NCBI GenBank assembly: GCA_965204535.1
Contig: CBDBEV010000001.1
Coordinates: 608,001 to 672,000 of the forward strand
Origin: a bacterium
GTDB lineage: Bacteria > UBA8248
Length of the DNA: 64,000 nt
Reading direction: 5' to 3'
Below, piece by piece: positions 57,425 through 64,000 of this stretch; the stretch's first letter is position 1, and every line of letters begins with the position of its first letter. The notes under the pieces were generated by a model, which saw only the letters and a list, made by a program, of their open reading frames with translations, was not told where the DNA came from and ran no database searches. Made by a program: the position numbers and the translations under genes.

Positions 57425-59023
57425 GTGGTGGCCAGGCAGCCCAGGCGAGCGCCGCAGGCCAAAGAGCAGGTGAGCAAAGAGAGGAGCATTGCGGGCTTCT
57501 ATCTCTATTTCTCGGTATTTCTCTCGGGCGGTTCGATTCTCGTCATGGAGATCGCGGCGGGGCGCGTGCTCGCCCCCCATTTCGGCAACACGCTCTACAC
57601 GTGGACCTCGATGATAGGCATCATCCTGGCCGCGCTGAGCCTCGGCTATTCCATCGGCGGGAGGCTCGCGGACCGCAACCCGTCGACCAGGCTGTTTTTC
57701 TCCCTCATGCTGGGCGGCGCGGGCCTGGTCGCCCTGGTGCCCGCCCTGCGGGGGATCCTGCTGCCCACGATGGAGGAGAGCCTGAGCCTGCAATCGGGGC
57801 CGGTGTTCGCCGGTCTCCTGCTCTTCGCCGCTCCGGGTTGCGTGCTCGCCACGCTCACGCCATTCGCGGTGAAGCTCGCCGCAAGGGGAGAGGGAAGCCT
57901 GGGAGCAGTGACGGGAAACCTCTTCACCTGGTCCACCATCGGGAGCATCCTCGGCACGTTCGCGACGGGCTTCGTCTTCATTCCCTTTTTCGGACTGAAC
58001 GGCATCTTCCTGACGACGGCGGCGGCGCTCACGCTCACGGCGACGCTGGGGCTCTACCTCAGCGGCGACCTCGCCAGATTGTTCTCGAAGCGAAACGCGC
58101 GGGCGAACCTGCTTCTCGCGGCGTTCCTCCTGGCCTCGATGGGGACGGGCGCCGCGTGGCTGGGCGTCATCCCCGGCGTGGATAAGGATACGGTGTGGGT
58201 GCGCGAGAACATGTACCACATGATCCGCGTGTTCGAGAGGGACGAAGCGGGCGGCGCGCGGGTGCGCGAGATGTTTCTGGATCACCAGCCCGAAGGGGCG
58301 ATGGTCCTGGGCGACGATAGAAAGTTCTTCTACGAATACACCCGCTTCCTGGAATTGGGGCCGCTGTTCGTGCCCCACATGAAGCGCGCGATCTTCATCG
58401 GTGGCGGCGCTTTCACGATGCCCAAGGCGCTGCATCTCATGCGGCCGGAGATGGACATCGCCGTGGCCGAACTCGACGCGGAAGTCGTCGATGCGGGGCG
58501 CAAGTTTTTCAGGCTGGGGAAGTTCCCGAAGCTCAAGAACCTGGTGGGAGACGGCAGGCGCATTCTTCGCTCATCGGGTGAAAAATACGATCTCATCGTG
58601 GGCGACGCCTACCGGGGCTTGCGGAACATACCGCCGCATCTGGTCACGAAGGAGTTTTTCGAAGAAGCGAGCGAACGCCTCTCGCCCGGCGGCGCCTTCA
58701 TGCTGAACCTGATCGGCTACCGCGCGGGCGCAGGCGGGGCGATATACGCGTCCGTCTACCGGACGATGAACAGCGTGTTCCCGGAGATTTTCATCTACAG
58801 CACCGACCCCGCGAATCCCTACACGGCGCAGAACATTCTGTTCTTCGCGTTCCGGGACGAGGACCCGGGCCGGTTCCGCCGCGTGAGCGAGGCGATGCGC
58901 CGGAAGCCCGGGTTCGCGTTCGCCGCTCGCGCGCGCGTGTCGCCGCCGGGAGAGCGCATCTACGGGCCTGTTTTGACGGACGACTACAATCCGGTGGAAT
59001 ATCTGATCGAAAGGGGACTTTAA
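57425..59023 (+). CDS. Fused MFS-like membrane domain / spermidine-synthase-like methyltransferase
   Basis: LVMEIAAGRVLAPHFGNTLYTW, STIGSILGTF, IGGGAFT, ELDAEV, GDGR, PPHLVTKEFF and LTDDYNP. Start uncertain. Confidence 0.85.
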   Translation: MVARQPRRAPQAKEQVSKERSIAGFYLYFSVFLSGGSILVMEIAAGRVLAPHFGNTLYTWTSMIGIILAALSLGYSIGGRLADRNPSTRLFFSLMLGGAGLVALVPALRGILLPTMEESLSLQSGPVFAGLLLFAAPGCVLATLTPFAVKLAARGEGSLGAVTGNLFTWSTIGSILGTFATGFVFIPFFGLNGIFLTTAAALTLTATLGLYLSGDLARLFSKRNARANLLLAAFLLASMGTGAAWLGVIPGVDKDTVWVRENMYHMIRVFERDEAGGARVREMFLDHQPEGAMVLGDDRKFFYEYTRFLELGPLFVPHMKRAIFIGGGAFTMPKALHLMRPEMDIAVAELDAEVVDAGRKFFRLGKFPKLKNLVGDGRRILRSSGEKYDLIVGDAYRGLRNIPPHLVTKEFFEEASERLSPGGAFMLNLIGYRAGAGGAIYASVYRTMNSVFPEIFIYSTDPANPYTAQNILFFAFRDEDPGRFRRVSEAMRRKPGFAFAARARVSPPGERIYGPVLTDDYNPVEYLIERGL

Positions 59024-59084
59024 TACCTGGCGGCCCGGATGTGCTCGACACACCTGCCGCGTATGGAATCATGAAGGAGAAGCG

Positions 59085-60146
59085 ATGGCGAAGCACAGCA
59101 TCGGTTTGATACCGGCGGACGGCATCGGGCCCGAAGTCGTCACCCAGGCGGTGCGCGTCCTGCGCGCGCTGGCGAAGAGCGAGCGGGGTCTCGCGTTTTC
59201 TTTTACGAAATACCCCTGGGGGAGCGATTTTTACCACGAGACGGGCCGGATGTGCCCGGAGAATTTCCTGAACCGCGTGAGAAAACACGACGCGATTCTG
59301 CTCGGTGCCGTGGGCCGGCCCGACATTCCCGACCACATCACGCTCAACCAGCTCCTGCTTCCGCTGCGCCGGGGGTTCGACCTCTACGTCAACATGCGGC
59401 CCATCGTCCTGTACGAAGGGCTGGAATCGCCGCTGCGCGGCTACGAGCCGGGCGACATCGACATGCTCTTCTTCCGCGAGAACACAGAGGGGGAATACAG
59501 CCCCATCGGCGGCAGGCACTACGAGGGGCACCCCTCGCAAATGGCGGCCCAGATAACAGTCTTCACGCGCATGGGTTGTGAGCGGATCATCGAGGCGGCG
59601 TTCGAGGCGTCGCTCAAGCGGAAAAAGCACGTCACGAACGTCACCAAATCGAACGCGCAGGGCCACACGCTGGTGATGTGGGATGAGATTTTCGAGGAGG
59701 TCGCGGCCAGACCCCGCTACAGGAAAGTCGAGACGGCGAAGTATCTCGTCGACGCCGCCGCCCTGGAGTTCGTGAGGAGGCCCGAGCATTTCGACGTCGT
59801 GGTGTCCACGAACCTCTTCGGCGACATCCTGACGGACCTGGGCGCCGCCATCGTCGGCGGGCTGGGGGTCGCCGCGAGCGCCAACACGAATCCCGCCGGC
59901 GACGCGCCCGGCCTGTTCGAGCCCGTGCATGGCTCAGCCCCCGACATCATGGGCAAGGGAATCGCCAACCCGGTGGCCGCGCTCATCTCCGCCGCCCTGA
60001 TGCTCGATTACCTGGGCGAGGAGCGTGCGGCGAAGCGGCTCGACGACGCGGTCCGCGCGCATCTGGCTCACGGGAACCGGACGGCGGACTTAGGCGGCAC
60101 CGGGACGACGCGCTCCGTCGCCACCGACGTCATCAAGAGACTCTAG
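59085..60146 (+). CDS. Isocitrate/isopropylmalate/tartrate dehydrogenase family
   Basis: PADGIGPEV, RENTEGEY, TKSN, NLFGDILTDL and FEPVHGSAPDIMGKGIANP. Confidence 0.9.
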   Translation: MAKHSIGLIPADGIGPEVVTQAVRVLRALAKSERGLAFSFTKYPWGSDFYHETGRMCPENFLNRVRKHDAILLGAVGRPDIPDHITLNQLLLPLRRGFDLYVNMRPIVLYEGLESPLRGYEPGDIDMLFFRENTEGEYSPIGGRHYEGHPSQMAAQITVFTRMGCERIIEAAFEASLKRKKHVTNVTKSNAQGHTLVMWDEIFEEVAARPRYRKVETAKYLVDAAALEFVRRPEHFDVVVSTNLFGDILTDLGAAIVGGLGVAASANTNPAGDAPGLFEPVHGSAPDIMGKGIANPVAALISAALMLDYLGEERAAKRLDDAVRAHLAHGNRTADLGGTGTTRSVATDVIKRL

Positions 60147-60163
60147 CCTTAAGGAGTGACGCG

Positions 60164-60691
60164 ATGTCCATCGTCACGAGGAGGGGAGACGACGGGAACA
60201 CCGATTTGTGGTTCGCCGACAGGGTTCCCAAGTATCATCCCCAGGTGCAGGCCTACGGCGCGCTCGATGAGGCGAAGGCGGCGCTCGGCCTCGCCCGCTC
60301 GACCGCGCCCGAATGGCTGAAGCCCGAAATCCTCAAAATCCAGAAAGACCTCTACCTTGTGAGCAGCGACCTGGCGACGCTCCGGGGCAAGCTCGGCAGG
60401 CTCAAAGAGCGCGTGGGCGCGGAGCAGGTCGCGTGGGCCGACGCGCAGGTGGCGCGCTATGAAAAGGAGATTCAGATCACCGACTGGGTCATCTCGGGCG
60501 ATTCTCCCTGCGGCGCCGCGCTGGACATGGCGCTCACCATCATCCGCCGGGGCGAGCGATGGTCGGTCAAGCTGCGGGACGAAGGCTACATCGACAACCC
60601 CGAACTGCTCGTCTATCTCAACCGCGTATCGGACCTCCTCTTCCTCATGGCCCGCGCCGTGGACCGGGGCGTGGAAGTGCCCGCTGATTAG
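60164..60691 (+). CDS. pduO: PduO-type ATP:cob(I)alamin adenosyltransferase
   Basis: IVTRRGDDGNT, AYGALDE, IIRRGER and YLNRVSDLLFLMAR. Confidence 0.85.
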   Translation: MSIVTRRGDDGNTDLWFADRVPKYHPQVQAYGALDEAKAALGLARSTAPEWLKPEILKIQKDLYLVSSDLATLRGKLGRLKERVGAEQVAWADAQVARYEKEIQITDWVISGDSPCGAALDMALTIIRRGERWSVKLRDEGYIDNPELLVYLNRVSDLLFLMARAVDRGVEVPAD

Positions 60692-60754
60692 ATTCGAAAA
60701 ACGCGAAACGCTCTACGGGTTTATTCAGCCTTCGTACTCTGTCTGTAGGACGCT

Positions 60755-61480
60755 ATGCCCAAAAACCAATCTTTATCCCCTCAACGCCTCGATGATGTGA
60801 AGCGGTTTTACGCTTCTCTCTTTACTCTTGAAGAACGTCTCGGAGGAGCGCGGCGATTGTCCGGTTGCTCCGGTCGAATGAAATGGCCGAAGCGCGGAAT
60901 ATATTTTTTTATGGAGGAAGGTGAAGTCCGCACCGAAACCGGGGATGGCCCGCGCATCGTGCGGGTCGGCACGCACGCTCTGAAAGCCGGCTCCAAAACC
61001 AAACTATGGTCGCGCCTGAAACAGCATAAAGGCACAGTTCGATCCGGCGGCGGCAATCACCGGGGCTCGATTTTCAGGCTTATCGTGGGAGCGGCCTTGA
61101 TGCAGAGAGATCGTCTCGATTTTCCCTCCTGGGGCAAGGGCGGCACGGCGCCGCGTGAAGTGAGAAAACTCGAACAACCCTTGGAAAGAAAAGTAAGCAC
61201 GATGATCGGCGACATGTCGTTTCTCTGGCTGGCCATCGAGGACGAGCCGGGTCCCCAAAGCAAGCGCGGATACATCGAAAGGAACGCAATCGCCTTGTTA
61301 AGCAACTATGGCAAGCAACCCGTCGATCCGCCCTCTTCTTCATGGCTTGGTTGTCATTGTGACAGGGAAAAAGTGCGGAACTCGGGCCTCTGGAACTCGA
61401 ACCACGTCGATCAAGACTACGCCCCGGCTTTTCTCGACGAACTGGCGCGCCTGATCGATGAGATGGAGATTCCCGGATGA
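60755..61480 (+). CDS. GIY-YIG-like nuclease candidate
   Basis: RGIYFF…RIVRVG…LWSRLKQH…RGYIERNAI resembles the GIY-YIG motif order. Confidence 0.55.
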   Translation: MPKNQSLSPQRLDDVKRFYASLFTLEERLGGARRLSGCSGRMKWPKRGIYFFMEEGEVRTETGDGPRIVRVGTHALKAGSKTKLWSRLKQHKGTVRSGGGNHRGSIFRLIVGAALMQRDRLDFPSWGKGGTAPREVRKLEQPLERKVSTMIGDMSFLWLAIEDEPGPQSKRGYIERNAIALLSNYGKQPVDPPSSSWLGCHCDREKVRNSGLWNSNHVDQDYAPAFLDELARLIDEMEIPG

Positions 61481-62130
61481 TCGTCGTCATCCAATGCGCC
61501 GCCCGGAAAAATCCCGAAGCCGGACATCTCTGCAAACGAGACGGACGAAAGGTGCTGTTCGTCGCCAACCCCGAAGCGGCGCCGGGTAACGCACACTACT
61601 CCTACGCGCGGCCGGATGATGCTTCCGACGCTGGGAAGCCGTGGCGAACCACCCTCCGTGAATACAATGCCGAACCTCGCGGCAACCCGCACGGCCTTCT
61701 TCCCGCCTGGCGGCTCTATGAAAACCCGGTCTATGAACTCTTGGAGAACCATTGCGGGCCGGAGCGGTTTTATATCCTCTCCGCGGGGTGGGGCTTGATC
61801 CGCTCCGATTTCCTGACACCGGCTTATGACATCACCTTCAGCCCCAGTGCTGATGCGTACAAACGCAGACGCAAGAAAGATTCGTATGACGATTTCAACA
61901 TGCTGCCAGAACAAACAGAGGAAGACATCGTGTTCTTCGGCGGCAAGGACTATGCGGGCCTGTTTTGCGGGTTGACGCAGAACGTCAAAGGGCCGCGATA
62001 CATCTGGTTCAATTCCAAAAGCCCGCCCAAAGCGACTGGCTGCACGCTTCGGCGGTTCCATACGAAGACCAGAACCAACTGGCATTACGAGTGCAGCAAA
62101 GCCTTTATCGAAGGAAATATCCAGGTTTAG
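61477..62130 (+). CDS. DUF6884/YaaA-like protein
   Basis: VVIQCAARK, PAWRLY, YILSAGWGLI…PAYDITF and FFGGKDY. ATGA-coupled to the upstream gene. Confidence 0.55.
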   Translation: MIVVIQCAARKNPEAGHLCKRDGRKVLFVANPEAAPGNAHYSYARPDDASDAGKPWRTTLREYNAEPRGNPHGLLPAWRLYENPVYELLENHCGPERFYILSAGWGLIRSDFLTPAYDITFSPSADAYKRRRKKDSYDDFNMLPEQTEEDIVFFGGKDYAGLFCGLTQNVKGPRYIWFNSKSPPKATGCTLRRFHTKTRTNWHYECSKAFIEGNIQV

Positions 62131-62146
62131 ACGAGGACGCCGATTT

Positions 62147-62304
62147 CGCTCACCATCATCCGCCGGGGCGAGCGGTGGTCGGTCAAGCTGCGGGACGAGG
62201 GCTACATCGACAACCCCGACCTGCTCGTATATCTCAACCGCGTATCGGACCTCCTCTTCCTGATGGCCCGCGCCGTGGACAGGGGCGTGGAAGTGCCCGC
62301 CTGA
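62147..62304 (+). pseudogene. Duplicated 3' fragment of the pduO-type gene
   Basis: 62147-62300 matches 60531-60684 (154 bp, 6 mismatches by eye). Confidence 0.9.
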
Positions 62305-62821
62305 ACGGCCTTTGAAAAAGCCCCCTCCTCAGGGGATAAAGGCAACCCCCCCTACCCCCCCTTGACAGGGGGGCAAGAAAAAACAAAACCCCCGCTGTCG
62401 GCGTCTGGTGTTGCCTTTTTATACCCCCCTGACAAGGGGGGGTAGGGGGGGTTGGTTTTGCAGGGACAGGCCCCCGTGCCTGTCCGAGGTCCCCACGAGG
62501 CAGTGCGGTTTTGTTCGTCATTCCGGCAATCAATGCCGACCGAGGAGGGAGGGATTGCCCGGAATCCAGGGACTTTGTTTTTGAATTTGCCTTTTCGCTT
62601 AATCGTTTTTCTTGGCCTTTCTGTGATTCGGTATCCCCGTCTGCTCTGGATTCCGGCATGCGCCGGAATGACGAACCAAGGCGGATGACGTGTGTGCCTG
62701 TAGGGGTCGTTCGCGAACGACCCCTACGATCAGGTTGACGAACAACCAGAACCGGGCGGACACACGGGTCCGCCCCTAGGGAAACCCGTTCCCTGCTTCC
62801 GGGGATTTTTCCAACAGCCCC
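62305..62821. repeat. Composite REP/MITE-like repeat cluster
   Basis: Ends …TTTGAAAAAGCCCC and GGGGATTTTTCCAACAGCCC. Contains the CCCCCCCTTGACAGGGGGG pair, CGTCATTCCGGC…GCCGGAATGACG and GTAGGGGTCGTTCGCGAACGACCCCTAC. Confidence 0.75.
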
Positions 62822-62869
62822 CTGATCCGCGTTGCAGTTCGTTATCTTTCCAGAAACGTCCGGGAGAAC

Positions 62870-63916
62870 TTACGCGAGGTAGTAGTCGCTGATGGCTTCG
62901 AGGGCCACCTTGATGGCCGCCGCGAGCGGAACGGCGAGGAGGATTCCCGCGAAGCCCATCAACTCGCCCCCTATCATGATGGCCGCGAGCACCACCACGG
63001 GATGAAGCCCGATTCGGTTGCCCAGGATGCGGGGAACGAGCGCCATGCCCGCGATGGGCGATATGACTCCGAACACGGCCAGCGTCCCCAGCGGGTGGAG
63101 CCAGTCCTGATGCGCGAGCCCCGAGAGCAGCAGTGCGATCGGCAGGGCCACTATCCATTCCACATAGGGGAACATGCAGGCGATACCCGTGAAGATGCCC
63201 ATCACCAGCCACAGCGGCATCTCCACGATGAAGAAGCCCAGCACGTAAAAGGCGGAGAGGATGCAGGCGATCAGCAGTTGCCCCTTGATGAACGAACCGA
63301 GGAGCTCGTCGAGACGGAAGACCCTTTTCTCCACCTCTTTGCGGTAATCGCGGTGCACGTAGGCGAAAAACCCCGCCCATAGCTCTTTCCAGTCCCTCAG
63401 GATATAGAAGGTCATGACGGGGATGAGGACGAGATAGACGATACCGATGGCGATGGAAAAAATGCCGCTGGTCGTTCTCAGCAGAAACCTGAGCGCGGTA
63501 ACGGGAAACTGTCCCAGGAGGGAGAGGTTTTCGGTGAAGTATTTCTTGAGTTCGGCGGTCTGGGGGAGTTCGAACCTGTCGAGCGTGGCGATGAGCCACG
63601 ATTGGGCGACGGTGATGTAGCCGGGAAGTTGTTGGGCGAACGCCCTCACCTGCTCCTGCACCACGGGTGATATGCTGACCCACAGGATGAACAGTCCCAG
63701 TCCCAGCCCCAGCAGGGGAATCAGGACGGCGAGGGGGCGCGGTATCTTCCATCTCTCCAGCTTATCGACCAGCGGCTGGAGCAGATAGGCGAGGATGAAC
63801 GAAGCCGCCAGGGGGACCAGCGCCGCCCGGGCGCTCACCAGGAGCCAGACGGCGGCGATGAGTATGAGAATGAGCCAGATTCTCTTCCACGTGAGGATTT
63901 GGGATGGGTTGTCCAT
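62870..63916 (-). CDS. AI-2E family transporter
   Basis: ILAYLLQPLV, FYILRD, FIKGQL, PYV, PRILGNRIGLHP and GILLAVPLAA. Confidence 0.9.
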   Translation of the reverse strand: MDNPSQILTWKRIWLILILIAAVWLLVSARAALVPLAASFILAYLLQPLVDKLERWKIPRPLAVLIPLLGLGLGLFILWVSISPVVQEQVRAFAQQLPGYITVAQSWLIATLDRFELPQTAELKKYFTENLSLLGQFPVTALRFLLRTTSGIFSIAIGIVYLVLIPVMTFYILRDWKELWAGFFAYVHRDYRKEVEKRVFRLDELLGSFIKGQLLIACILSAFYVLGFFIVEMPLWLVMGIFTGIACMFPYVEWIVALPIALLLSGLAHQDWLHPLGTLAVFGVISPIAGMALVPRILGNRIGLHPVVVLAAIMIGGELMGFAGILLAVPLAAAIKVALEAISDYYLA

Positions 63917-64000
63917 GTCGGGTCGCCTGGCCTCAGTTCCGGGCCGCGGAGGTGGGTTTTTCCGCCTGATCGTCGTCCGGTTTCTCGTAAATCATCCGGG

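Noticed and set aside
1-64000. CRISPR array, tRNA or rRNA genes
   Set aside because: No regularly spaced repeat-spacer series or recognisable structural RNA gene seen. The repeats present are palindromic REP/MITE types.

Overview
The window has two parts. (1) About 1-42.5 kb is a genomic island / ICE-like element whose left end lies outside the window. It opens with a candidate defence or DNA-modification locus: SNF2 helicase (partial), ParB-like protein, B12-binding-type radical SAM enzyme and HSP90-like GHKL ATPase, facing a convergent PIN-domain protein plus a paralogous GHKL ATPase. Next come an RHH gene beside an F-like oriT candidate, an IS1182 with a 12-bp target duplication, and a GC-rich minus-strand leading-region module (DUF2493, DUF4326, SSB, Toprim, strawberry-notch MTase/helicase, DUF2958, GHKL, ParB) containing an Frpo-like ssDNA-promoter hairpin. 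These are followed by a TIR protein, a UDG-like protein, IS256, a Gabija-like OLD nuclease + UvrD pair, a 3.9-kb non-autonomous IS1595 element carrying small passenger ORFs, and two tandem tyrosine integrases. No relaxase or T4SS gene is visible. (2) About 42.5-64 kb is GC-rich core chromosome: CyaC-like adenylate cyclase, mqnC, amidohydrolase, DUF296, an AhpD/CMD-like selenoprotein missed by the ORF track (CQP-TGA), SDR, a Panacea-type TA pair, crcB, bioF, quinone reductase, FIST, CoA-transferase A/B, spermidine-synthase-like protein, decarboxylating dehydrogenase, PduO-type adenosyltransferase, a GIY-YIG-like/DUF6884 cassette and an AI-2E transporter. It is punctuated by composite REP/MITE elements and by two gene insertions flanked by duplicated host sequence. 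All family assignments come from motif recognition by eye; no searches were run.
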